Positions 50,141 to 60,402 of a stretch of 64,000 nucleotides of DNA are shown piece after piece (the stretch's first letter is position 1; every line of letters starts with the position of its first letter). Made by a program: the position numbers and the translations under genes. The notes below the pieces were generated by a model that did not search any database, was not told where the DNA came from, and saw only the letters and a list, made by a program, of their open reading frames with translations. This DNA is from Candidatus Bathyarchaeota archaeon. GTDB taxonomy: Archaea; Thermoproteota; Bathyarchaeia; Bathyarchaeales; Bathycorpusculaceae. The DNA lies in contig CAWHVC010000005.1 of NCBI GenBank assembly GCA_963832745.1, positions 256,001 to 320,000 on the forward strand. Reading direction: 5' to 3'.

Positions 50141-50713
50141 TTATTTGCTAAAACGCTCGTTAAAGACATCACGGATTTTTTCTGGGCTTTCCAGAACATG
50201 CATGCCGTCCATCTGTTCCAGTTTGCGTGTCTGCTCAGCCTCTTCTTTGCGCACTCGAATCTTGACGGTTTTACCGTTGGGGATAATTGTTTCAACGACG
50301 CCTTCTTTGTAGTCCGTAGGCAAAACATACACTGTGCCGAAAGCTTTCAGGCTCATGATAACTGAGTTAGTTATGAGGGTGTCTCCGATGCCGTTAACGA
50401 TTTTCGCAACAGTGTTTGACGTTGTAGGGGCTACAAGCAAAAAGTCATATTTTCCGCTTTGAAGCCAAGCCGCAAGAAACGGCGCATTTGAATTCATTTC
50501 AACACTGAAATGGGAAAACTCTTGTTTTAAGAGATCAAACTGCTTGTAAAACCGCAGCATAGTCTCCCCGTTTTTAGAAACAAAAACGTGAATCTCCGCT
50601 TTATGTTCATACTGATTTTTAAGTTCAATCATTATTTTGACGATTTCAGCGATTTTATCGCCACCGCCAGTTATTCCCCAAGCAATTTTACACTTTTTTG
50701 GTATTTCAACCAT
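50141..50713 (-). CDS. afpA: Archaeoflavoprotein AfpA
   Basis: IAWGITGGGD, NSNAPFLA, APTTSNTVAKI..GIGDTLITN and PTDYKEG. Confidence 0.85.
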   Translation of the reverse strand: MVEIPKKCKIAWGITGGGDKIAEIVKIMIELKNQYEHKAEIHVFVSKNGETMLRFYKQFDLLKQEFSHFSVEMNSNAPFLAAWLQSGKYDFLLVAPTTSNTVAKIVNGIGDTLITNSVIMSLKAFGTVYVLPTDYKEGVVETIIPNGKTVKIRVRKEEAEQTRKLEQMDGMHVLESPEKIRDVFNERFSK

Positions 50714-50716
50714 TTT

Positions 50717-51305
50717 TTACTTCTCCTTTTTCTCTGCAAGCAATTCAGAGAATTTCTTAACTGTCTTCTTTAGGCTTCTAAAGCCCTCTTCATCCTGCTT
50801 TACCCCTTCCAAAGTATCTTTTGTCCAGAAGGTTGCGCCCATGTTTGCCCCAAAAAAGCCGCCGCTGACAGGAATCATGCCGTTAAGAATCTGAAAATCA
50901 ATGATTTGCGATTAAAGCGTGTTCTTGTCCACCGTTACGGTCGCCGCCTAAAGCGATGCCCATTCCGATTTTTCCTTTGAAAAAGTTTTTGTCACTGGCT
51001 ACTGCGGCTCGGCAACGGTCCAGTACCGCTTTTAGTTGTGCACTTACACCGTTATTGTATATTGGGGTGGCAAAGATTATACCTTCAGCCTCTTTTAACA
51101 GGGGATAAAGTTCGAACATATCGTCTTTATAGGCGCAGACTTTAGCCTTTAGGCAGTAATCGCAGTGTAAGCAAAAGCCGATTTTTTTGCCGCGAACTCC
51201 CCAAAACTTTGTTTCGAAGCCTTTTTCTTCAAGCATCCGTAGGGCTTCATGTAATACGTGGTCTGTGGCTTGCTGACGTGGGCTAGCACAAATACCGACA
51301 ATCAT
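50717..51305 (-). CDS. Iron-sulfur flavoprotein / flavodoxin family (frameshift near 50900)
   Basis: GICASPR, CLHCDYC..C and TPIY..GGDRNGGQE. The tail GMIPVSGGFFGANMGATFW continues in another frame to a stop at 50717. Confidence 0.85.
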
Positions 51306-51485
51306 AAAACTCAATACTGTTCTAACTGCAGAAGGGCATAAAATCTTTTCTAAACCCTTAAAACTCAAACAGTCAGGGGATACATCAAGTTACTGTACAT
51401 CTACAATCACACAACTTTATGTTTTCGCATGGTTCCTAAAATAGCTCGGCACCGGAGACGGCTTTTTTCGGTGGAGGCGAATTTC

Positions 51486-51836
51486 TTGGTTAAAATCATT
51501 GGAAAATCTGGTGTAGAAGAAAAATTTGATGTCAAAAACGTGGAAAATGATTTAAAAGATGCTGGCTTGCCAGAACGTTTAGCTGAGGAAGTTGCAGAGC
51601 GAGTAGAAAACCGTGTGGAAGACGGTTGGACAGATGAAAAAGTGCGGCAGGAAACAGACATTGAGCTAAGACGACTGCAAGATGACATTGATAAGGCGTA
51701 TAGCACTTACAAACGTTCGGTACCTATGGGTGAGCATCTTGTTGGCGAACAAAGAACTGCCAAAGAAAACGATTTTTCACCCAATGAGCAACCACGGCAA
51801 GAAACAAAAACAGAATTCAGAAACGTTGAAACTTAA
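51486..51836 (+). CDS. Small ATP-cone-like domain protein
   Basis: VKIIGKSGVEEKFDVKNVENDLKDAG resembles the ATP-cone N-terminus; GGAGG SD before TTG 51486. Confidence 0.65.
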   Translation: MVKIIGKSGVEEKFDVKNVENDLKDAGLPERLAEEVAERVENRVEDGWTDEKVRQETDIELRRLQDDIDKAYSTYKRSVPMGEHLVGEQRTAKENDFSPNEQPRQETKTEFRNVET

Positions 51837-51903
51837 AGCAAAAAAATCAAATTTTATTTTTATAAAACTAATAAAAAACAAAAGAAGAAAGAATTGTTCG
51901 AGA

Positions 51904-54120
51904 CTACTCTTTCTCGAAGTATTCTTCTGGTGGCGGTGGGGTTGGTGGTAATCCTCTGCGTTCGCGGATCTTCTTGATTGTTTCCGCTTGCATCTGTTCT
52001 GGAACTGGTGCCCAACGACTGAATTGGGTTGCCCAGAATGCTCTGCCTTGAGTTGAGCTTCTTAATTCATCTGCGATACCGAAGCTTTCGGATACTGGCA
52101 TTTCTGCTTTGACAGTGATCATGTCTTCTTCTGAGGGCATGTCGATGATTTTACCGCGCCGTTTGTTAACTAATGTGATTACGCTGCTGACGAATTCTGA
52201 TGGGACTTTGCATTCGAAGCTGATGAGTGGTTCAAGCAGTTTGGGGTCGCTAAGCAGGATTGCGCAGTAGATTGGTCTCCAAGTCATTGGGATTGCTTGT
52301 GCGGGGCCTCTGTGGACTGGGTCTTCGTGCAAGGTGATATCTTCAAGGTTAATCTTTAAGCCGTAAGCTGGTTCTTTTGCGAGTGGTGAAGTGTGTACTG
52401 CTTCGCGGAAACCGGTCTTTATGTGGTCAATGATTTCTTCTACATATTGGCGTCCACGGATACGGTTGCATAAGATGTTGTTTTCTTCAATTGCAACTGC
52501 ACCTTTTGCTTCATCTGGTGACCAGCCCATGGATTTTAGAATTTTTGCTCTTTCATCTCTGTTTTGCATGTCAGTGATTTTTTCTGATTTAATTGCTTCA
52601 ATAACGTCGTCAGAGAGGCGGTCGATGGTAATCCAGAGTTTGTTGTGTTTGTTGGGGCTTTTACCCATGATTGCTGGACCCTTGTAGTCATGGCTGATGG
52701 TTTCTCTGTAGATGACGATTGGTTTGCTGAGTTTAACTTTTAGGCCTGATTCTTGCATTCGGTAAGCGGTGATTTCAAGGTGAAGTTCACCCATGCCTGA
52801 GAGCAGGAATTCGCCGGATTCTTTGTTCATGATGAAGTGAAGGTTAGGGTCTTCTGTGGTTAGTTTGTGCATGACTTTGTCGAAGAGTGGCAGGTCTTTG
52901 ACGTCTTCTGGCTCAACTGCTACGGTAACGACTGGGTCAGATACATAACGTAAACCTTCGAATGAGTGTATTTCCATGCCCGCTTCACCGATGGTTTCAC
53001 CAACGTGAAGTGATGGTAAACCGGAGATTGCTCCGATGTTGCCTGCTGGTACACGGTCAATGAACACTCGGTCAGTTGCCATACTCATGAATACTTGCTG
53101 GATTGTGCCTTTTTGGCCTGCACTAACTAGTTGAACTTCTTTGCCTTTGGTGATTGAACCACTGAAGATTCTGCCGATTGCGACAGTTCCGCTGTGAGGG
53201 TCAACTTCAATGGTGGAAATGCACATTAGCAGCGGCCCGTTCGGGTCAACTTTTGCCATACCTTGACCAACTGGCGTGTTTACGTCGCCTGGCCAAATTT
53301 GTGGCTGACGGTATGGTTGTGCCTCGTATGGGCTTGGAAGGTGTTTGCAGAACATGTCAAGGATTGGTTCTGGCAAGGGTGCTTTCTTGCTCAGTTCATC
53401 TACTTTTCTGCCGACATCTTCTGGTTCACCAGTGTATGCGTCGATGATGTCTTGGAAACTGATTTTCTTTAGTTTCATGTGGTCAAGGTTTAGGCCCCAT
53501 TTGTGAAGGGCTGAACCGAAAGCAACACGGCTGTCTTCGATTCTAACTTGCCAGTCTTGCTTGTGTTCTAGAGGAGCGTACTTTTCAATTAAAGTGTTGA
53601 CTCTTAGGAGAATCTTTGCGAATTTTTTCTGAATTTCCTGAGGGGTCAACTTGATTTCTTTGATTAAACGGTCAACTTTGTTGATGAATAGGAGTGGTTT
53701 TACACGTTCACGCAGAGCTTGCATGAGGACGGTTTCTGTTTGGGTCATTGGTCCTTCTACTGCGTCTACAACTACGAGTGCGCCGTCTACTGCTCTTAAG
53801 CTTCTTGTAACTGCGCCTGAGAAGTCAATGTGGCCTGGAGTGTCGATTAGGTTGATAAGGTAATCTTGATTGTCGTATGTGTGGACTAGGCTGACGTTTG
53901 AAGCGAAAACGGTCATTTGACGCTTCTGCTCAAGATCCCAGCTGTCCAAGAAAAGTTTCTGTCCAGCGGTTTGTGTGCTGATGATGCCTGCGTGTGCCAA
54001 AAGACTGTCGGAAAGTGTAGTTTTGCCGTGGTCAACGTGTGCAATGATGCTTGTGTTGCGGATAATTGTCGGGTTATCCATCAGTTTAACGATTTCTTCA
54101 GTTTGTCTATAACGCGCCAT
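51904..54120 (-). CDS. Elongation factor EF-2 family GTPase (probable paralog)
   Basis: AHVDHGKTT, DTPGHIDF, NKVD, GMGELHL and HEDPVHRG motifs. The switch I motif is RQMT rather than RGIT, and the gene is not linked to rpsL/rpsG. Confidence 0.92.
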   Translation of the reverse strand: MARYRQTEEIVKLMDNPTIIRNTSIIAHVDHGKTTLSDSLLAHAGIISTQTAGQKLFLDSWDLEQKRQMTVFASNVSLVHTYDNQDYLINLIDTPGHIDFSGAVTRSLRAVDGALVVVDAVEGPMTQTETVLMQALRERVKPLLFINKVDRLIKEIKLTPQEIQKKFAKILLRVNTLIEKYAPLEHKQDWQVRIEDSRVAFGSALHKWGLNLDHMKLKKISFQDIIDAYTGEPEDVGRKVDELSKKAPLPEPILDMFCKHLPSPYEAQPYRQPQIWPGDVNTPVGQGMAKVDPNGPLLMCISTIEVDPHSGTVAIGRIFSGSITKGKEVQLVSAGQKGTIQQVFMSMATDRVFIDRVPAGNIGAISGLPSLHVGETIGEAGMEIHSFEGLRYVSDPVVTVAVEPEDVKDLPLFDKVMHKLTTEDPNLHFIMNKESGEFLLSGMGELHLEITAYRMQESGLKVKLSKPIVIYRETISHDYKGPAIMGKSPNKHNKLWITIDRLSDDVIEAIKSEKITDMQNRDERAKILKSMGWSPDEAKGAVAIEENNILCNRIRGRQYVEEIIDHIKTGFREAVHTSPLAKEPAYGLKINLEDITLHEDPVHRGPAQAIPMTWRPIYCAILLSDPKLLEPLISFECKVPSEFVSSVITLVNKRRGKIIDMPSEEDMITVKAEMPVSESFGIADELRSSTQGRAFWATQFSRWAPVPEQMQAETIKKIRERRGLPPTPPPPEEYFEKE

Positions 54121-54352
54121 TAATTATTCATTCTCCATTTTAAGTTTCGTAATCTTATTACTTTGAGTCGAATGCACTGTTTTTTTTAACATTTTATGCA
54201 TATGGAAATCTCTCAAATAATAGAGTAAGCTACATGGACATTGAGTTTGTAACCTATTAACTTTATGGCAATAAAATATGAAAGCTTTGGTGAAAAAACA
54301 GGCGACGTTTAGGGAAGAGTTTAACAGTTTTTTGATGCAACAGAGCCTGACT

Positions 54353-54554
54353 CCACGAAGTACCAGAGCAAAAACACTGATTTTCAACATGCTTTTGGAC
54401 GATTTTTCAGCCAATGGCTCCTACCCTTAGTGTTTTGCAGTTTCAGTGTCAGAAAAAGTGTGGGTAGAGCCTGCCATTATTTGGAATGGTTAGACCCCGA
54501 TAGGTTTCTGCATAGCATTTCTATTAGGATCCAAATAGACGCCAAATAGGTTGG
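54353..54554 (-). repeat. Dispersed intergenic element, copy D
   Basis: The reverse complement carries both arms (CCAACCTATTTG..GCAGAAACCTAT and GGGTAGG..TTGG..GAAAAA..CATGTTGAAAATCAGTG). Internal inverted repeat GGCTCCTACCC/GGGTAGAGCC. Confidence 0.85.
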
Positions 54555-54668
54555 CAACAAATAGAACAACAAACTCAAGCATCACAAAAACAAGCCTGCA
54601 AAACCATAATCGTTTCACTGCACTGATAGAGAATTCATAACTGCTTTAAATCAGCGGCAAGAAAATAA

Positions 54669-54884
54669 ATGGCTATGGCAAAACTGGGCGATGTATCGAA
54701 GGGAATCCTGATTTTCTTTTGCGGATACTACTTATTTATAGCAGTAGAACAGGCGATGATCGGACAAAACGCTATTGCCACGTTTATGCTTGCAGGCTTC
54801 TTAATACCGCTCTCAATTGTTATCCATAGCCACATTAAAAACTTGACAGAGAAGCGGGCAAAACTCGGCGAGACTCCAACTTGA
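54669..54884 (+). CDS. Small membrane protein (2 TM)
   Basis: Two hydrophobic segments, ATG start. Confidence 0.5.
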   Translation: MAMAKLGDVSKGILIFFCGYYLFIAVEQAMIGQNAIATFMLAGFLIPLSIVIHSHIKNLTEKRAKLGETPT

Positions 54885-55030
54885 AAATTCGGTGCATTGT
54901 CCTTAGTTTCTTGAGGATTGCACCAAAATATTTATTCCGCGGGTTTTGATTTCTTAATTATTTACTTTAGTAAAGCAACCCATAACCAGGTAGAAAAACA
55001 ACCTAGTTCGGGGTTGGGTGAAATCAATTT

Positions 55031-57628
55031 ATGAACATAAATAATTTTACTGTAAAATCTCAAGAAGCCATTCAAAAAGCCTCTGAGATTGCAGCGAGAA
55101 ACCAAAACCAAGCCATCGAGCCAGCACACCTGCTAAAAGCCATGCTCTCGGTTGACGAAAACGTCATTCCATACCTGCTGACCAAACTAAACGTGAACGC
55201 AGACCACTTCACAAGCCAACTCGACAAGCTAATTGATGGTTTGCCCAAAGTGTCAGGAGGCGAACCCTACCTGTCAGCTAACATGAATAAGGCTTTGCAG
55301 AAAGCTCAAGAATACGCTTCACAGGCTAAAGACGAATTCATCTCTATGGAGCAGCTTCTTTTGGCAGTTTTGTCGCTTAACGACCCCGCATCCCGTCTGA
55401 TGCAGAGCAACGGAATCAGCGAAAAAGAATTAAAAACTGCAATCAGCCAACTACGCAAAGGCTCAACCGTAAACTCTCAAACGGCTGAAGACACTTATAA
55501 CGCGCTTAACAAGTACGCCATTAACCTAAACAATCAGGCACGTACAGGCAAGCTTGACCCAGTTATTGGCAGAGACGAAGAAATTAGCCGAGTCCTGCAA
55601 ATCTTATCACGGCGAACTAAAAACAACCCCATCCTCATTGGTGAACCGGGCGTTGGCAAAACGGCGATTGCTGAAGGCATAGCCCACCGCATAATCAACG
55701 GCGACGTGCCAGAGAACCTGAAATCCAAAAAACTTTACTCTCTTGATATGGGCGCACTTATTGCTGGCGCGAAATACAAGGGCGAATTTGAGGAACGACT
55801 AAAGGGCGTCATCAAAGAGGTCGTGTCTTCTGAAGGCGAAATAGTCCTGTTTATCGACGAAATCCACACGTTGGTCGGGGCAGGCGGAGGTGAAGGCGCT
55901 ATGGATGCTGCAAACATCCTTAAACCCGCACTGGCAAGGGGAGAACTTAGAGCTATCGGCGCAACTACGCTTAAAGAGTACCAGAAATATTTTGAGAAAG
56001 ACAAAGCATTGGAAAGACGCTTCCAACCAGTCATGGTAAACGAGCCATCAACGCTTGACGCCATCTCTATTTTGCGTGGCTTAAAGGAACGTTATGAAGT
56101 GTTCCATCACGTGCGCATAAAGGATGAAGCAATAATTGCCGCCGTCGAATTGTCCCAACGCTATATTTCAGACCGTTTCCTACCCGACAAAGCCATCGAC
56201 CTCATCGACGAAGCAGCCTCCAAACTACGCCTTGAAATCAACAGTGCACCAGAAGAACTCGAAGCCATAGAACGCAAAATCCGCCAACTCGAAATCGAAC
56301 GGGAAGCCATCAAACGCGAAAAAGACGAAGCCAAACTAAAACCCATCAAACAGGAAATCGCCAACCTCACTGAAGAACGCAACAAACTAAAAGCAAAATG
56401 GCAATCAGAAAAAGACCTTGTAGAAAAAATTCAGGTGAAGAAAAACGAAATCGAACAGCTCAAAGCTTGAAGATGAGGCGGCTAACCGCAGGGGCGACTT
56501 AGAGAAGGTCGCAGAAATTCGTTACGGCAGAATCCCAGAAGCAACCAAAACCATTGAGACGCTAAAAGCCAAGCTGTCTGAGGTGCAGAAAGACTCCGCA
56601 CTTGTCAACGAGGAAGTCGGGGCGGAAGAAATCGCTGATGTTGTTTCCCACTGGACAGGCATTCCAGTTAGCCGTATGCTGCAGAGTGAACGCCAGAAAC
56701 TGTTAAACCTTGAAACGGAGCTGCATATGCGTGTGGTTGGGCAAGAGGACGCCATTAAAGCCGTTTCCGATGCTATCCGCCGTAGCCGCGCTGGCCTACA
56801 AGACCCCAAACGTCCCATTGGCTCATTCATCTTCCTGGGCACCACAGGTGTAGGCAAGACGGAGTTGGCAAAGTCCGTTAGCTGAATTTCTCTTCAATAA
56901 CGAGAACAGCATGGTCCGAATCGACATGTCTGAATACCAGGAACGCCATACCGTTTCTCGATTAGTCGGTGCACCTCCAGGCTACGTTGGCTACGAGGAA
57001 AGCGGGCAATTAACCGAAGCAGTCAGACGCAAACCATACTCAGTCGTGTTGCTTGATGAAATCGAGAAAGCCCACCCAGACGTCTTCAACATTCTACTGC
57101 AAGTCCTCGATGACGGACAGATTAACTGACAACAAGGGCAGAACAGTTGACTTCAAAAACACCATAATCATTATGACCTCAAACATCGGCTCACACATCA
57201 TCCAAGACAACCTTGAAAAAGTCACAGAAGACAATCGGGAGGAAATCCTAAACACTACAAAAGATGAAGTCTTTAGCCTTCTTAAAAAATCGATTAAACC
57301 AGAATTCCTTAACCGCATCGACGAAATAATCATGTTCCAACCCTTAACACAAGAGGAAATCCGCAAAATCGTTGAAAACCAGCTTGGCGGAGTGCAGAAA
57401 ATGCTAGAAAAGAACGGAATACAAATGACTGCAACCAAAAAAGCAGTGGAACTCATCGCTAAAATCGGGTTTGATCCACAATTCGGTGCAAGACCAATCA
57501 AACGCGTAATCCAAAAAGAAGTGCTCAATGAGTTGTCAAAGATGATATTGGCGGAAAAAGTCGACAGAGACTCATCGATTGTAGTAGACGAAAAGGACGG
57601 TCAACTGGTCTTCAAAAACAAGCCGTAA
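55031..57628 (+). CDS. clpB: ATP-dependent chaperone ClpB (three frameshifts)
   Basis: Clp N domain, [19 protein letters not shown], a coiled-coil M domain, [16 protein letters not shown] and GARPIKR. Frame changes near 56465, 56875 and 57118. Confidence 0.93.
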
Positions 57629-57632
57629 AAGG

Positions 57633-58667
57633 CTACCCGAGGGTCATTTGACCCTTCTCTAATGGCTGAGCAACGGCGGAGACGCCCAGTCTTTTTATTA
57701 TTTCCTCCGCCAACACTTGCCCGTGGCTTGCACGGTAATTGTCGGTTATGACTTGTTTTGCTTTGGATTTCCGTACATACTCGATTAGGGAATCAAAATC
57801 GGAGTGGTCACTTAGCGCAACGAGATATTCACGATCTCCGATTTGACGACACGGATTCTGGAATTCCCAACCGCTAACACATATCCTCGCGTTTTTTAAG
57901 CCAACTTGAAAACGGGCGTTAGTATGATAAAACGCTACACAGGGCAAGTTGCCGCCGAGAAGTTCTTGACCTTCCTTGCTGGTATCCAAAGATAGGCAAC
58001 CCAAGTCCATGCCGTGGTTCTTGCATACTTTTGAAACTTCAAACATTCGGTCAGGCATAACAAATGGAACTTCCACGTCGGCTTTTCGAAGCGTCTGCAT
58101 AACTTCTTGCAGTTTGCCGTAGAAACCGAAAACGTAAACAGTACCGCCTCGCAGACGCCGTTCAATCATGGAAACCAGCAGTTCTTTGACATCAACTTCA
58201 AAATTGCGTCGACACGACGGGGTACCATATGTGGCTTCGACGACGAGGACGTCGCAGTCTATAACGGGGGTTTCTTCAAGTTTAAAGTCGCCACTGTAAG
58301 CGATTCGTATACCGCCAGCGTCCTCCACAAGCACTTGGGAAGCGCCCATGATGTGGTCGGCTTTTAGAAGCGTGATTGTTTCGTCACCATACCGTAAAGG
58401 TTTGCCGTACTCAAGCGGCAACACGTTATCATTTCGAAGCTTGAAGGTAGGGTTAACGATTTCTGCGAGGTCTCGTGTAGCTGGGGTCATAACGACTTTT
58501 TCGCAGCATTTGATACTTTTCCTCAATCCGCCAAGATGGTCAGCATGAGCATGAGTAACAATCCGTAGCGGCCTGTTAGCATCAAAGGCGTCGCATGCTA
58601 CGCTATCGCCTAACAGTACTGCGCCTGTTTTTGTTACATAAGCTCTTTCAGCCACGTTACAACTCAC
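57633..58667 (-). CDS. MBL-fold nuclease-like protein (beta-CASP related)
   Basis: THAHADH, ADHIMGA, YSGDF, EATYG and LSDHSDF. Confidence 0.82.
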   Translation of the reverse strand: MSCNVAERAYVTKTGAVLLGDSVACDAFDANRPLRIVTHAHADHLGGLRKSIKCCEKVVMTPATRDLAEIVNPTFKLRNDNVLPLEYGKPLRYGDETITLLKADHIMGASQVLVEDAGGIRIAYSGDFKLEETPVIDCDVLVVEATYGTPSCRRNFEVDVKELLVSMIERRLRGGTVYVFGFYGKLQEVMQTLRKADVEVPFVMPDRMFEVSKVCKNHGMDLGCLSLDTSKEGQELLGGNLPCVAFYHTNARFQVGLKNARICVSGWEFQNPCRQIGDREYLVALSDHSDFDSLIEYVRKSKAKQVITDNYRASHGQVLAEEIIKRLGVSAVAQPLEKGQMTLG

Positions 58668-59071
58668 TTTTTCTCTGTTTTTTCTGCAAGCCAGTCAACA
58701 AGTTCACGTGGACTGTCAGTTTCGATAACTACACGAATGGGTCCCAAGGGGGATTCTGACGATTCTTCAGAAAAACTGACATGCCCTGCATAGGCGACTT
58801 GCTTGTTTAGGTAGAAACTGATTTTATTTTCCCTTACTGCACGGTGGAGGATTTTCCTTGCGGCGTCTCTGATGCGGTCATTATGTAGGATGTTTCGGAA
58901 TTTGGTAAGTGATGCTTGTCCTTGAGCGTCAGCTTTAAGGATGAAACCTTGAAAAGCGGGTTCAGAAGTAAAAGTGGGGTTGCCAACAAAGTTGTTGATG
59001 GCGGTCTTTACTTTTTCTTCATCTTCTGTAGGGTTAACGTCTGCTTCTACATGGACAGTTACTTTTTCCAT
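58664..59071 (-). CDS. DUF54/UPF0201 family putative RNA-binding protein
   Basis: VNPTEDEEKV, RIRDAAR, LNKQVAYAG and ESPLGPI. Confidence 0.85.
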   Translation of the reverse strand: MEKVTVHVEADVNPTEDEEKVKTAINNFVGNPTFTSEPAFQGFILKADAQGQASLTKFRNILHNDRIRDAARKILHRAVRENKISFYLNKQVAYAGHVSFSEESSESPLGPIRVVIETDSPRELVDWLAEKTEKK

Positions 59072-59625
59072 TTCGCCTCAGTCCAATCCAGATACTTCTT
59101 CACTTGAGCTTTAAACGATTCCATGCTATTATCATTAACTAGTACATACTCCGACATAGCAATCGCGTTGCCAAGACCGACACTGAGTTCACGCATGTCA
59201 CGTTCATGAAAAACCTCAAAAGTTTGCGGGTCATCACTTCTGCCACGCTGACTTAAACGTACAAAACGTGTTTCTGGAGAAGCATGAACCGCTAAGAGTT
59301 TGAACCCAGCAAAGTTTGCTTTAAACACGTCTGCCTCATTTAGGCTTCGTAAACCGTCAATAACAATTTTGCTGCTTGGTTGCTGCTGAATTTTGGGGAT
59401 ACATTTTTCGGCTATGACGTTATTTCCGCCTTCTTTGCGCAGGTCCAGCATGACTTTGCCTACGTTTTGCGGATTCAGTTCCAAGCCGCGTTTGCGGGTT
59501 TCCTCTCGGATTACGTCACCCATTGTTACTTTAAGGTATCCAAGCTCCTCAGCGGCTTCAACAAAGAGGGATTTTCCCGCGCCAGGCATACCTGTTAAGC
59601 CTAATACAAGTTTGTCAACGTTCAT
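59059..59625 (-). CDS. UPF0200 family P-loop kinase (dephospho-CoA kinase-like)
   Basis: GMPGAGKS, MGDVIR, IDGLRS and RGRSDD..RD.RELSVG. Confidence 0.85.
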   Translation of the reverse strand: MNVDKLVLGLTGMPGAGKSLFVEAAEELGYLKVTMGDVIREETRKRGLELNPQNVGKVMLDLRKEGGNNVIAEKCIPKIQQQPSSKIVIDGLRSLNEADVFKANFAGFKLLAVHASPETRFVRLSQRGRSDDPQTFEVFHERDMRELSVGLGNAIAMSEYVLVNDNSMESFKAQVKKYLDWTEAKWKK

Positions 59626-59821
59626 AACGTAACCTTTTTTGTTTTAATGATGAATCATGCATTAAAAACTATCCGTTATTTACTGAGCCATTTCTTTTTT
59701 AGTTTTTGCCAGAAATTGTCTGTTTGTAAAGCAAACATTAGGTAGTTTATGGGCGGTACTTGTTGATTTTGTGCTTAAAACTTTTATGAAGGTTAGTGTT
59801 AAAGGTACTTTGGAAGAAAAC

Positions 59822-60385
59822 ATGTCCGAACAAATAAGAAGCTTCATCGCTTTCGACATCCAAAATGAAGGGATAACAAACAGAATTGCGGCTGCACAAA
59901 AACTTTTGATGCAGACCAACGCAGACTTAAAACTTGTTGAACCAAAAAACATTCACATAACTGTAAGGTTTCTTGGCGCAATCAGTCCAGAAATGGTTGA
60001 CAAAGTTTATGAAGTTATGAGAAAAGTAAAATTTGTGCCCTTTAACATTCAACTTCAAGGATTAGGCGTCTTCCCAACAGTGAACTACCCAAGAGTAGTC
60101 TGGGCAGGAATCACGCTGGGAGCGGAACAGCTGAAAAGTATCTTTGAACAGCTTGAACCAATGATTCACGAGTTAGGCTTTGCACCAGAACCCAACGGTT
60201 TCAACCCACACCTGACAATTGCCCGGGTTCGTTCAGGAACAAACAAGCAACGATTAGTCGATTTTGTAAATAGGCAGTCAGAATATGAGTTTGGAAACAT
60301 TAAGGGAAATTGTTTAAGGCTAAAGAAAAGTCAGCTTTCACCAATGGGTCCAACCTATACAACTTTAAAGGAATACTGCCCATAG
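59822..60385 (+). CDS. thpR: RNA 2',3'-cyclic phosphodiesterase (2'-5' RNA ligase family)
   Basis: Two 2H motifs, HITVRFLG and HLTIARV; adjacent to cca. Confidence 0.9.
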   Translation: MSEQIRSFIAFDIQNEGITNRIAAAQKLLMQTNADLKLVEPKNIHITVRFLGAISPEMVDKVYEVMRKVKFVPFNIQLQGLGVFPTVNYPRVVWAGITLGAEQLKSIFEQLEPMIHELGFAPEPNGFNPHLTIARVRSGTNKQRLVDFVNRQSEYEFGNIKGNCLRLKKSQLSPMGPTYTTLKEYCP

Positions 60386-60402
60386 GATACAGAGAAGTTT
60401 GC

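Noticed and set aside
54124-54414. 96-aa ORF upstream of EF-2
   Set aside because: It overlaps repeat copy D and the AT-rich promoter region and has no protein-like features.
37-57628. Many frameshifted genes (NosD, SDR, PEF-CTERM, PHP, presenilin, flavoprotein, clpB) as programmed frameshifting or mass pseudogenisation
   Set aside because: The breaks are scattered small indels in otherwise intact, unrelated genes with no shared slippery motif. Long-read consensus error is the simplest explanation; raw reads are needed to confirm.
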